From: Octopus sinensis
Taxonomy: Eukaryota
DNA: 64,000 bases
Assembly (NCBI RefSeq): GCF_006345805.1
Contig: NC_043025.1
Coordinates: 1,984,001-2,048,000 of the forward strand
Direction of reading: 5' to 3'
Of this stretch, positions 37,631-51,240 are shown piece by piece. Every line of letters begins with the position of its first letter. Within the stretch, counting starts at the first letter, position 1. The notes under the pieces were generated by a model. That model searched no databases, was not told the origin of the DNA, and saw only the letters and a list, made by a program, of their open reading frames with translations. Made by a program: the position numbers and the translations under genes.

Positions 37631-40600
37631 GGAATACATCGGGGACGTTTAAGATGTAAGAAGGAAAATACAGAGCTCCGAAATCTATCCACAAACATCG
37701 AAAACAAGGACACCCTACGGAGCCAAAGATTTACTAACAAAGAATTGGACTATATCCGAGTAAGTAATACGAATTGAAATTTATTACTATTTTCGAAACG
37801 AAATGATGTATTTTGACTCGATATTATCTCCACCTCTAACACAACACATGTAAACATGCGTGGAACAACACAATCATCCCCGACCTCAAACACCATGTAC
37901 AAAAGAACTACGAAGAAATTAAATGCCACCGATACTATTCAACCCAAGAATAACAATCGAGCGGTACGTACATTAAACCTACAACAAAAAATGTACGAAA
38001 AACTACACGTGCGAAATAATGTGACAACAGAAATAAACGGACCGGTACCCTACGAAAATGACGACCGTCAAAATAATGGGCCGGACGTTGTACCTCATGT
38101 CCCGCAATTAAAACCCAAAAGACTTAAATGGACACGTGAGGAATACATTTCTATCTTACACGCATACTTCACAGCAATGCTCTACCCACAAAATGAAAAT
38201 ACAACAAACACATACATATAAAATATGGAAGGAAAATAATAGAGATATAGACTTGGATACAGCAATGAACCCTAATAAATTAGCTAACGTACGAAGATAC
38301 ATTCTCAAAGCGAAAAAAAAAAAAATATCAGAAATAGAAATAGAACATTTAAAAGAAAAATACACCAGGAAAATGTAGATAGAAGCCACACAACAATGCC
38401 CAATAATATAAACACTGAAACTGTAAAACACGAAGACAAACGCAACATTCCCAACAAACACGATGTAAACAACGAAGGGGAGCCTAATGATTATGATAAT
38501 ATAAAAAATAAAATAATCAAAGAACTGAAAACCACAGAGCCCAAAATGGACCACCGACCATACCTCCTAAGAATCAAAATAAACGAAATAACAACACCTA
38601 TTATAAACAACATAAACCTAGCCGTCACTGAACTAGCCACTGAAACAAAAAAAAGTGATATCACTGAACTAAATGACTTGATATACGCAGCAGCCACTGC
38701 AGCCACAAAAGAAGCTGGATACTCACCCAAACCCGCCCAAACAGGAGTACCACCACCCAAACAAACCCTGTGGATAAATAACATCCAAAACAAAATAAAA
38801 AAAATTAGAAAAGACCTGTCGATTCTTAATGAAATCAGCAAACAAGCAACGCTACTGAGCAACAAAAAGAGAACAAAAATGCTCCGAAAATATAACATCA
38901 CAGAAAAAGATTTGCCGGAGATAAAAGAAAAGCTGAAGCAAGATATCCTTGCTAAAGCTCAAAGGATCCGCCGGTACGAGAAACGCCAACGCTTCTTTGA
39001 ACAGAACAAAAAGTTCAACTCCGACCCCAAAAAGTTCTACCAAGAACTGGGCAAAAATAAAATAGAAGTTACTGCAGCACCAACGGCAGAAGAATTGGAA
39101 GAATTCTGGAAAGAAATATGGTCGGCAAACGAACAACCAAAAAAAAGGAGAATGAAAATAACAAACTCGGCATCTGAACAACTTTGGACCCCCATAACAA
39201 CTGAAGAGGTCACCCAGGCACTGCAAAAACTAAGCAACTGGAAGGCACCTGGGCATGACAAGATCCCCAACTTCTGGTTGAAATATCTAACAGGAATGCA
39301 CAAAAAGCTGGCTGAAAACTTTAACACATACAGCAGAGCAGAGCCAGAGACAATGCCTGAATGGCTCACGAAGGGGGAAAACCATCTTAATTCCCAAATC
39401 AAATGAAACAACAAAACCAGAAAACTACAGACCAATAACCTGCCTCCCTACTATGTTCAAGGCATTTACTGCAGTGATATCGCAAAGGCTGAACAAGCAC
39501 CTGGACGAAAACAAACTGTTCCCAGAAGAGCAGAAAGAATGCCGCAAGGGCTCATATGGCTGTAAAGATCAACTAATGATTAATAAAGCCGTAACTGAAG
39601 ACAGCCACAGAAAGAAGAAAGGCCTCAGTATGGCCTGGATTGACTACAAAAAGGCGTTTGATAGCATCCCCCCACACATGGATCCTCGAAACACTAGCCA
39701 TTAACAAAAGTAGCACCAACAATCATAAAATTCATAGAGCACTCTATGAATAAATGGCAAACAGTCCTACACCTCCAACAAAAGAGGGACTCATGAATAC
39801 CAAAGACATCCCCATTAGAAGAGGAATATTCCAGGGAGACACGCTCTCTCCACTCCTTTTCTGCTTGGCACTGTCACCTCTATCTGATTTGCTAAATAGA
39901 CTGGATGCGGATATAAATGTTACGGCAAAACGATCAGCCACCTTTTATATATGGATGACCTAAAACTATACGCTGCAAATGACAAACAGCTGGAAACACT
40001 ATTAAAGACAGTTCATGGATTTACCAAAGAAATAGATATGAAATTTGGATTAAAAAATGCGCCAAAGTAACCATGAAAAGAGGAAAACTAGTTAAGAGTA
40101 ACAACATCACACTAGATAAAACCAATGAAATAAAAGAATTAGACCAAAGCCAAACTTACAAATACTTAGGAATCCATGAACTAGATAAGACACAACACAC
40201 ACAAATGAAAGAGAAAATAAAAAAAGAATATTATAGACGAGTTAGATCAATACTAAAAACAGAGCTCAATGCTAAAAACAAGATAATAGGTATCAACACT
40301 TTAGCTGTCCCAGTTATAAGTTACAGCTACAATATCCTTAACTGGACACGAAATGAACTGTCCAAAATAGATAGGAAAACAAGAAAAATACTGACAGGAT
40401 CTAGGATGCATCACCCAAAATCTGACATAGAAAGACTATATATACAACGTATAGAAGGTGGTAGAGGCCTTATACAGCTGGAAAACTACTATAAAATAAC
40501 CACCATAGGACTGCAAAAAATACCTACTTCAGAAGGAAGGAAAACTGATCCAGATAGCAGCAAAACACGAGCAAAACAAAAAAGTTCTCAGTATTTAAGG

Positions 40601-41567
40601 AAGCTGACAAATACAAACAAGAAATCATACCACCTAATAAACACAAAGAAGAAGAAGATGATGATGAAGAAACAACAACAAAAGCTATAAAACAAATGAA
40701 ATCCAAACTAAAAATAGAACAGCAACGAACCATGGTAAAACGATGGCAAGAAAAGCCCCTTTATGGTAAATACTGACTAAACTAAACGCAAAAGAAATAG
40801 ACAAAGAAAAATCCCAGCAATGGTTGAGAAGCTCAGGACTCAAAGCAGAAACAGAGGGATTTTTAATTGCAGCACAAGACCAAAGCCTCCCCACCAGAAA
40901 TTACCAAAAAACATGTAATGAAAAGAAATATTACAAGTAACTGCAGAATATGTGGAGATGGACAAGAAACAATAAATCATATTATCTCTAGCTGCCCAGT
41001 CCTGGCTAAGAAGGAATATATTCACAGACATGACAGAGTTGGAATCGACATACATTGGAAGCTATGCCAACATTATGGAATAACAACAGAAAAAAAAAAG
41101 ATGGTATAGGTCACAGCCGAGAAACACACTCTGGGATAGAAAGAAGGCCAACAGACCAGATATAGTTGTCAGAGATCATGAAGAAAAAAAATGCTTTCTA
41201 ATTGATGTATCAATACCGGCAGATGACAACGTGTCTCTAAAAGAAATGGAGAAACTCTCAAAATACAAAGACCTGGAAATAGAGGTAACTAGAATGTGGA
41301 ACCTGAAAACAGAAACAATTCCTATCATAGTAGGTGCATTAGGCATGATAAAAAAATATTCAGACAAATACATAACAAAAAACACCAGGACTTACAAACA
41401 CATATAACATACAGAAAATTGCACTACTAGGCACTGCACACATCCTACGCAGAACACTTTCCATACAATAACCATCAGAGCATCACAACAAATCACAGCA
41501 CATACCCAAGGCACACAGCGCTGCGCTCGGTAGTGAAGTGAAAGCACGATATAAAAATAAAACTACT
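37631..41567 (+). mobile_element. R4/Dong-clade LINE, family 1 copy 2, apparently full length, frameshifted, inserted in (TAA)n
   Basis: Collinear with and highly similar to 1310-5243; immediately preceded and followed by (TAA)n; same RT, CCHC and RLE motifs; internal deletion near 41105-41145 relative to copy 1. Confidence 0.92.
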
Positions 41568-41568
41568 A

Positions 41569-41647
<79 letters not shown>

Positions 41648-41667
41648 TATTATTATTATTATTATTC
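41568..41667. repeat. (TAA)n switching to (TTA)n
   Basis: Seen directly. Confidence 0.95.
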
Positions 41668-42020
41668 CTGCCTACTGGAAGCACAAGGACAAGTCCATTA
41701 CATCGATCCCAGTGTGTAACTGGTACTTAATTTATCGTCCCCGAAAGGATGAAAGGCAAAGTCGATCTCGGCGGAATTTGAACTCAGAACGTAGTGAGAG
41801 ACGAAATACCTATTTCTTTCCTACCTCTCCAGGGGCTAAACATAGAGAGGACAAACATGGACCGACAAACGGATTAAGTCGATTATATCGAAGGCAGTGA
41901 GTAACTGGTACTTATTTAATCGACCCCGAAAGGATGAAAGGCAATGCCGACCTCGGCGGAATCTGAACTCAGAACGTAACCGCAGACGAAATACTTCTAA
42001 ACGTTTCGCCCGGCGTACCA
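41668..42020 (-). mobile_element. SINE family B with internal duplication
   Basis: Same composite as 19740-20128. Confidence 0.75.
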
Positions 42021-42464
42021 CCACCACCACCAACAACAACAACAATAATAATTAAGTGAATATCAAATATATATTGCGCGTGTTTCATTGGCAACAGACG
42101 ACCATCTCCAAATAGAATAATTTCTGTTTCAACACCCAATTTCAAAAATGCATGAACGTAATAATATTAAATTTGAAGTAGAAATATTCCGCCGAGGTTG
42201 TCTTTGCCTTTTATCCTTTCGGGGTCGATGAAATCAATATCAGTTAAGTACTGGGGTCGATGTAATCAACTAACTCCCTCCCCCGAAATTGCTGGTGTTG
42301 TGCCAAAATTTGAAATGAATGTGTAGGAGAAATAAAACAAAACACAGCATTACTAACTAATGGACACCATGTTAATGGTTTTAACAAATTATAAAGTGAA
42401 CGGCTTGGAGAGTGTTTCATCTTTATGCGTGTTTCCTTGGATTGAATCTGTGTAGGGGGGCATG

Positions 42465-43965
42465 TTTAGGCGCGGCTGTGTGGTAAGACGCTTGCTTCCA
42501 GATCTGGTTTCGGGTTCAGTTCCACTGCGTGGCACACTGCGCACATGTCTTCTACCGTAGCCATTGGACTCTCAAAATCTTCAGGAGTGGATTTGGTAGA
42601 TGGAAACGGAAAGAAGCCCATAGTGACTATTCTTTTACTTGTTTCAGTCATTTGACTGCGGCCATGCAGGAGCTCCACCTTTAGTCGAACAAATCGACCC
42701 TAGGACTTAATCTTTGTAATCCTAGTACTTATTCTATCAGTTTCTTTTTCAGAACCGCTAGGTTACAGGGATGTAAGCACACCAACATCGGTTGTCAAGG
42801 GATGGTGGATGGACAAATATAGACACACAAATACACACAGACACACACATACGACGGGCTTATTTGAGTTTCCATCTATGAAATCTACTCACAAGGCTTT
42901 GGGCGGCCCTTGGCTATAGTAGAAGACATTCAACCAAGATGTCTCGCAACGGGACTGAACCCGGAACGATGTGTTTCATACTCTACGGCCACTCTTATGC
43001 CTATATGTGTCTGTCTGTATGTATCAGTGTGTGTGTGTGTCATTGTGTCAGTGTTTGTCTCACCGCTTGATGACCTGTGTTGGTGTGTTTACGTTCCGGT
43101 AACTTAGCGGTTCACCAATATACTCCGATAAAATAAGTACCATGCTTAAAAAATTAAGTACAGAGGTCAATTAGCTTGACTCAAAACATCTCAAACCAGT
43201 GGCATCTCTCTATATACACATAATCCTTTCTGAGCCATGTTCGTTAAAGGAATTGTTCGTTACACGAGTAATTGAAATACTTACAAATCGAAGAAATCCG
43301 TTCATGCCACTCCCCAAAGCCACATAAAAGTATATATTATACCTTAGCGTTGATACAAAAGAAAATCATGTGAAAGGTCGTATGTAGTGTGACTGTCAAG
43401 TTTGGTTTACCACTAAAACACCGGCTTGAACAGAAAAATGTGGTGCAGAAATTGGGTATCAACGGTTTTAAGGTGTGGTTGATCATTGAGCGGAGGGACA
43501 TAAATTATAACAGATTAGGAGCAAGAAAAACATTTAGCGTTATTCAAGGACATTCATTTTATAATTTATAATATAAGTATTGGCGCAGGAGTAGCTGTTT
43601 AGTAAGTAGCGTGCTTACCAACCACATTGTTCGGGGTTCAGTCCCACTGCGTGGCACCTTGGTAAAATGCGTTCTACTATAGCCTCGGGCCGACCAAAGC
43701 CTTGTTAATGGATCTGGAAGACGGAAACTGAAAGAAGGCCATCATGTGTGTGTGTGTGTGTGTGTGTGTGAGTTTTTGTGTCTGTGTTTGTCCACCACCA
43801 TCGGTTTACAACCGATGTTGGTGAGTTTACGTCCATGTAATTTAGTGGTTCAGCAAAGGAGACTCATAGAATAAGTAGAAGTCTTATAAATAACAAGTTC
43901 GGTGAAAAAGGCATTGCTCCAGCATGGCCTCAGTGAAATGGCTGAAACAAATAAAAGAACAGTGC
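42465..43965. mobile_element. Cluster of family A SINEs (+ ~42465-42800, - ~42850-43005, + ~43582-43965)
   Basis: ggcgcggctgtgtggtaag..cgggttcagttccactgcgtggcac; ggcgcaggagtagctgt..gttcagtcccactgcgtggcaccttgg..tagcctcgggccgaccaaagcc. Confidence 0.75.
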
Positions 43966-44659
43966 AGAGTGGTTACAAATATGCACAAAGTCTCTTAGAG
44001 CTGTTTCTAGAATAACTAAGCATGTTATTGAGTAAAGAATTCCATCTGAGCAAATCATTCCGTTATTGGAGAAAGAAGAAGAAAATGCAGAAATGCATAA
44101 TATCCTTAATCGAGGAATTCTCAGATAAATGTGTTGGGTATTTTCGTGATCGGAGAGTTAGTAAAGTTTCCAGGAAAGTCCCTGGCAAAGGATAATGGAA
44201 GTTAACAGTTGCATCTTTGAATAGAAAGTGAATCAGATTTGGAAGGCCTTGGAAGAGTCTATTATTAGGCGAATGAGAAATACATGAGAGTATATAGAGA
44301 TTAGTCTATATAGTGAGGGGGTGTTTGACTTGAGGGTTAAGGGGATGCATGTATACACGCACACACATACAGACAGAGACATACACATACACACACGCAC
44401 TAACATATGCACACACAGACGCACACACACATACATGCAGTGGCATATTCCCATTGATATACACACAGTCAGATACACACAATTACGCGGCCATACATAC
44501 ACATGCATACGTATGAGTTTAGAAATGGACAGATAAATGTCTGTTTGCACACACAGACACACACACATACAAATTCTCGCATAGTCATCGTATATAAGTA
44601 TAGAGAGTTAAATTTAATTAATGTTGTAGAGGAGAGAGAGACGAGGGGATTGTTTAGTA

Positions 44660-46440
44660 ATTAAGGATGAGAAAAAGCAGATGTATAAACGCCAGTCGCC
44701 TCATTGTATATTTGACTACCAATGTGGGCCAGACAGATTAAATCGCCAAACTGGAAATACCCAGGACCGGATAGCGTACAAGGATATTGGCTTAAAATTT
44801 CCCCATCACTACACAGAAGAATAGCGAAGCAAATATATAAAATGATCAACAACGGGGTACAAATCCCAAAGAGGCTGACCAAATGTCAAACATATCTTTG
44901 CCAAAATAATCCCAACAAATCAATGCAGTGGATAATCACCGGCCTATCACCTGTCTGCCCCACATGTGGAAGCTGATGACAGGAATAATATCTAATTAGG
45001 TGTATGATTTCCTGGAAATAAATTACAAAGCACCAGTGGAACAGAAAGGGTACAGAAAGAAAAGCCAAGGGACACTTACAGACTAATATGGTTTCAGAAA
45101 GGAAAATGAAAAGGGAGACAGTGTTTGTAAGCAACCGCACAGGATCAGGCATTCTTAACTAACTACATAAAAGCCAAAATAGACAAAAACCAGGCAAATT
45201 CCCAATGTAGAGACTTTTAACATGAATTCACACAGAAAACATTTAGAATCAACTTGACAACCAGAATTTGCTACCAGAAAAAAATGAAATGTTTGCAGAA
45301 AGAAGGCTAGAGGAACGCACGATCTATTACACACAGAGAAAGCAGTTCTAAAGTCGAGAATGCAAACTTCAACAGTATAAAAATCATATGACATAATACA
45401 ACACTCACGGATAAGTGAATGTTTGAGTATATTCAGTATTGCAGAAAACACAAGAGACTTAATTAGTTACAGCAATAGTGCGAAGAATTGGAAAGTATAT
45501 CTCTACTCAGGTGACACTGCCTTAGGAAAAGTTAATAACAGGCGAGGAATTCTCCAGGGAGACTCGTTATCTCCATTAATATTTGTGTTATGCTTAACTG
45601 TCGTCAATTTAGTACTAAGAAAGGCAAAGTCAGGGTATCAGTTTAGAGATGTTAAAAGAAATATTAATCATTTGCTCAAGATGGACGATTAGAAGCTTTT
45701 TGGTTCCTTAATACGAATTGTAAGGCGCTTAAGAAAAGATATAGGCATGGAATTTGGCATAGATATGTGCGCAACATAAGTCATAAAAAGGGGACAGGTA
45801 GTCAGCAGTGAAGGATAGTTAGCAAGAGAGTAAAATCACTGAAGGCAGAGAATCATAAGTGCTTCGGAGTATTAGAATCTGAGAGTGTATTAACAATGGA
45901 AATGAAAACAAAAATAGATAAGGAGTACATCGGAAGGTTGAAGAAGCTAATGAAGGTAAAGCGAAGTGTTCTAAATCTAGAAGAGGTTGTATAAACTTTG
46001 GGAAGTTATCTCGGTATTCAGCAGAATTTGTTGATTGGAAAAGATCTGAATTAGCAAATCTAGACAGAAGAACTAGGAAGGAATTCAATATGAATGGAGG
46101 ACTTCAGCCTCGATTAGGAAGAGCAAGATTGCACTTACTTAGAATAACGAAGGTGGAAGAGGTTTAATATCAGCAGAAAGTAGCGTAGAGTTAGCTAGAG
46201 TTGATATATATAATAGTGAATAAAATTTATGAGTTGCAAGATTTACAGTAAGAGATAGGAAAAGAAAAATCCAAATGAAATTAAAACCATAAAAAAGGAG
46301 GGAGATTATCTAACTGACAAGAGAATGTTTTTCCACGGTAGATTGGCAAAGATAGTTACAGAAATAGTAACAGTGAAACATATGGTTGCTGAAAGGAAGC
46401 TGAAATGGGAGACAGAGTTTCTAAGCAAAAATTAATTGTA
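44660..46440 (+). pseudogene. Decayed R4/Dong-like RT remnant (third family), copy 1
   Basis: SPNWKYPGPDSVQGYWLK; PVEQKGYRKK; RRGILQGDSLSP; HLLKMDD; EGGRGL; many stops. Confidence 0.75.
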
Positions 46441-47365
46441 CGGTCGGACTTATATTTCGGAAAGATCTATGAAAATTAACTTCCACATCATGTGATGCAT
46501 TACAATAATGATTGCAGGTGTAGGTTTCAGGACTAATGAATGTCCATTACTTGAACATTTGCACTTTCAGCCCTATCGCAAGCATTTGAGACAATGATAT
46601 TCCATTGTCTCACACCGTACCGTCTTAACCACGGACAGAACACAACACACATTGCGATGTAAGTGAATCGACGGGATGATCATGACCGAAACGCCTCTGA
46701 TCATAGTCTTGTCACCAGTGAACAACAAGCATTCTTTACAAACAACTGAAATATATTCTGCGAAACGAGGAAAATTCGCCTGGTTTCCATTTTAGTAAAT
46801 AGAGCGATTAGGTCTTGTCTTTGAGCAGATATCGCCATCCCAATAATCGATAAAAACAATGGTGTTTGTTTTAGAAAAGCGTCAAGTAGATAAGAATATT
46901 CTGTGGGTGTTGCCTGGACATATGAAAAATACCATTTTGGTAATATAATAGAAGTCGAGGACACATGAAATCGTGATTAAGGTGTGATTTCAGATCATAG
47001 GACGAGTGGTGATTAAGGTGTGATTTCAGATCATAGGACGAGTGGTGATTAAGGTGTGATTTCAGATCATAGGACGAGTGGTGTTTTGTTGCACAGCGAC
47101 CATTTCAACACTTGACGTGTAGGAATGGTGACTAGCTGGAAAATGGATTTATTTTCCGGATACTAAAGAATTTCAGCCAATCACATACATCAAGGGAAAA
47201 TACTGCAACTCTCGTTTTAAAAACAAATTGGAGAATTATTACAACAGGGTATTTCATTCAGTATTCTTATCGGATAGCAGCTGGAACGTGAGACAAAAAA
47301 CTTATATGAGGCAATAGAATATTCAGATAAGTTGATAAAAGATTTAATTTCTGTCAAAAATTCAA
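46441..47365 (+). pseudogene. Decayed cadherin-like segment, copy 2 (5' end abuts the LINE remnant)
   Basis: Homologous to 35085-35975; QLERETKNLYEAIEYSDK is readable at ~47278-47330. Confidence 0.55.
46973..47083. repeat. Three perfect tandem copies of a 36-bp unit
   Basis: gtgattaaggtgtgatttcagatcataggacgagtg at 46973, 47009 and 47045. Confidence 0.95.
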
Positions 47366-47654
47366 ACTGAAGTCATATTTGTAGTCGGCGTTATAAAGGT
47401 AAATAATTCTTGTTACATTTATTTTAAGATTTATCATTTATATACACACACACATATATATGATTTATGTTTCCCTTTCTCTCTATCTTTCTATAAACAT
47501 GCAACTTAATAGAATAACGTTGTTCCTGACGATCATTTGTCGGTGAGCATTTGGTTCCAACCAACCACAACGTTGTTACACGCACGTCAGAATTATTATT
47601 GAAATATTTATTTGTCCTGTTCATCCTATATATAGACTTAAACATAAATACATA

Positions 47655-48135
<481 letters not shown>

Positions 48136-48794
48136 AAATACACATTTATATATGTGTGTGTGTATATATCTAAATGCGTATGAGTATATATATATATGTA
48201 TTTATATACCTATATATATGTGTGTGTGTGTGAATGTTTTGCCTCGTACACATGTGCATATATTCACACACACATGTAGACACACGCTCACATATACATT
48301 CATATATACATACATATATATATATATATACAAACGTACATACATACACACACTCATATGCACACACACTCACACACACATATATTTGTTTGTGTTTGTG
48401 TATGTATATATATCCTTATGCATCTTTATATAACCATACATGATTACATATGAAACCGCGTTGCAATTCTTTGTTTTAAAATCCTAGATTGCCGCCTATA
48501 AAGTGGTTTCTGGCTTAGTTAGAATGCCAGTGGTTGTGTTCTGTGGGGGAGGTGGACAGTCGACTAATTGGACTTCAGCACCTCTGAGAAATGAAAGGCA
48601 AAGGGGAGTTCGACAGGAAAGGAACTCAGAACGCGAATAGATAAATCAATGTTTGTTACTTTTCTTTTAAGATTTAACATTTATATACACACACACACAC
48701 ATATATATGATTTTTTTTCCATCACTCTCATCTTTCTATAACTACGCAACTTAATAGAATAACGTTGTTCGTGTATATCCGTCTCTCCCAGGTT

Positions 48795-48895
48795 TCTTTT
48801 ACTGATGAAGTGTGACCTATGGTAGACTAGCTTAATTTAATTTAATTAAGCTGGTCTATCATTAAAGACACCGAAACGATGCATCGTATAAAAGA
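48795..48895 (+). ncRNA. Type I hammerhead ribozyme with extended stem II (subfamily 2, unit 1)
   Basis: TCTTTTA-CTGATGA-aGTGT..[19-bp hairpin 48819-48862]..ACACc-GAAA-CGATGCATCG-TA-TAAAAGA; perfect 7-bp stem I, 12-nt palindrome ACGATGCATCGT, GUA site, predicted cleavage after 48888. Confidence 0.9.
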
Positions 48896-49265
48896 TGAAT
48901 TAGGGTAAATGTTTTAAATTTTCACCTTATTTCCGAATTACACTACTTGGCGGTTGGAGTTATGGCTGCTCTTTCTGGTGGACGAATGGCCTGTTCAGGC
49001 CATTCCTAAATTGTTATATTTATACATATTTAGTCTTTGACTATTTTCTCTTTTCCATTAGGCCGCTGGTAGCGATAAATTTTTACTGAATTTTTGCTAC
49101 CCTAAATTGATTAATTGATAATTTTCTGACTAATTCTGAGATTGAATCGGCAGTTTATATTTGCTGCCGATAAGTTTGGCGCGAATGCGTTGGTCTTGAA
49201 AATTTAAGACAGATATTCCCGAGGCATTGATACAGTAGCCTCGTGTATATCCGTCTCTCCAGGTT

Positions 49266-49365
49266 TCTTTACTGATGAAGTGTGACCTATGGTAGACTAG
49301 CTTAATTTAATTTAATTAAGCTGGTCTATCATTAAAGACACCGAAACGATGCATCGTATAAAAGA
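49266..49365 (+). ncRNA. Type I hammerhead ribozyme (subfamily 2, unit 2)
   Basis: Same as unit 1 with one T fewer in the 5' strand of stem I; predicted cleavage after 49358. Confidence 0.85.
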
Positions 49366-49736
49366 TGAATTAGGGTAAATGTTTTTAAATTTTCACCTTA
49401 TTTCCGAATTACATACTTGGCGGTTGGAGTTATGGCTGCTCTTTCTGGTGGACGAATGGCCTGTTCAGGCCATTCCTAAATTGTTATATTTATACATATT
49501 TAGTCTTTGACTATTTCTCTTTTCCATTAGGCCGCTGGTAGCGATAAATTTTTACTGAATTTTTTGCTACCCTAAATTGATTAATTGATAATTTTCTGAC
49601 TAATTCTGAGATTGAATCGCCAGTTTTTATTTGCTGCCGATAAGTTTGGCGCGAATGCGTTGGTCTTGAAAATTTTAAGACAGATATTCCGAGGCATTGA
49701 TACAGTAGCCTCGTGTATATCCGTCTCTCCCAGGTT

Positions 49737-49836
49737 TCTTTTACTGATGAAGTGTGACCTATGGTAGACTAGCTTAATTTAATTTAATTAAGCTGGTCTA
49801 TCATTAAAGACACCGAAACGATGCATCGTATAAAGA
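49737..49836 (+). ncRNA. Type I hammerhead ribozyme (subfamily 2, unit 3)
   Basis: Same as unit 1 with one A fewer in the 3' strand of stem I; predicted cleavage after 49830. Confidence 0.85.
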
Positions 49837-49958
49837 TGAATTAGGGTAAATGTTTTTAAATTTTCACCTTATTTCCGAATTACACTACTTGGCGGTTGGA
49901 GTTATGGCTGCTCTTTCTGGTGGACGAATGGCCTGTTCAGGCCATTCCTAAATTGTTA

Positions 49959-50001
<43 letters not shown>

Positions 50002-50149
50002 GCCAACGTACTCACACAATCTAAACTGTTGTGTGTATATGGTATAATAATAAATTGGTATGCGGATGCTCACGTGAACAACTTAGGGAATTAGTACCAT
50101 CTTTACCCTCTAGTACCTGCATCTGCTGTGTGAGTCCTGCGGCAAGTTA

Positions 50150-51240
50150 CACAGGGTGAACTGGACGCCCCTAAATATTCCAGGGTATGTTGTACTTGAG
50201 ATAACCCATGTACATAAAAGTTACAATATGCTAAACACACTAATAAAGTAAACCACGTAGAACATCACTTTCATTCTTCTGCTAGTAGCAGAATAATTCA
50301 GTCCTAGATGTCAATTAATAAATTGATGGTTCATCTTGATAGTAAGGTCGGACTTATATTTCGGAGAGATCTACGAAAATTAACATCCACATCATGTGAT
50401 GTCTTACAATAATGATTGTAGATGTAGGTTTCAGGACTAATGAATGTCCATTACTTGAACATTTGCACTTTCAGCCCTATCGTAAGCATTTGAGACAATG
50501 ATATTCCATTGTCTCACACCCTATCGTCTTAACCAAGGAAAGAACACAAAACACATTGCAATATAAGTAAAGCGACGTGATGATCACGACCGGAACGCCT
50601 CTGATCATAGACTTCTCATCAGTGAACAACAAGAATACTTTACAACCAACTGAAATATATTCTGGGAAACGAGGAAAATTCGTCGGATTTGCATTTTAGT
50701 AACTAGAGAGATGAGGTCGTTTCTTTGAATAGATATCGCCATCCCAATAATCGATAAAAACAATGGCGTTTGTTTTAGAAAAGTCTCAAGTAGATAAGAA
50801 TATTCTCTGGATGTTGTCAGGACATATGAAAAATAAAGTTTTGGTAATATAATAGAAGCCGAGGACACATGAAATCGTGATTAAGGGTGCTACTCACGAT
50901 AACAAGGTCGTGATTTCAGATACAGGACCGAGAGGTGTATTTTGCGCAAGACACTTCATCTCATGTTGCACAGCGCCCATTTCAACACTTGACGTGTAGG
51001 AATGGTGACTAGCTGGAAAATGGATTTATTTTCCGGATATTAAAGAATTGCAGCCAATCACATACATCAAGGGAAAATACTACCACTCTCGTTTAAAAAA
51101 AAATTAGATAATTTTTCAACAGGGTATTTCATTCAGTATTCTTATCGGATAGCAGCTGGAACGTGAGACAAAAAACTTATATGAGGCAATAGAATATTCA
51201 GATAAGTGGATAAAAGATTTAATTTCTGTCAAAAATTCAA
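50150..51240 (+). pseudogene. Decayed cadherin-like segment, copy 3
   Basis: Homologous to copy 1 including the same SINE-like insert; QLERETKNLYEAIEYSDK at ~51153-51205. Confidence 0.55.

Larger units (their letters stand above)
48771..49965 (+). mobile_element. Retrozyme-like tandem element, subfamily 2: 2.5 monomers of 470-472 nt, three hammerheads
   Basis: Monomer start gtgtatatccgtctc at 48771, 49243 and 49713; copies differ almost only by homopolymer-length indels; no ORF; the 3' end runs into (TA)n. Confidence 0.88.
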
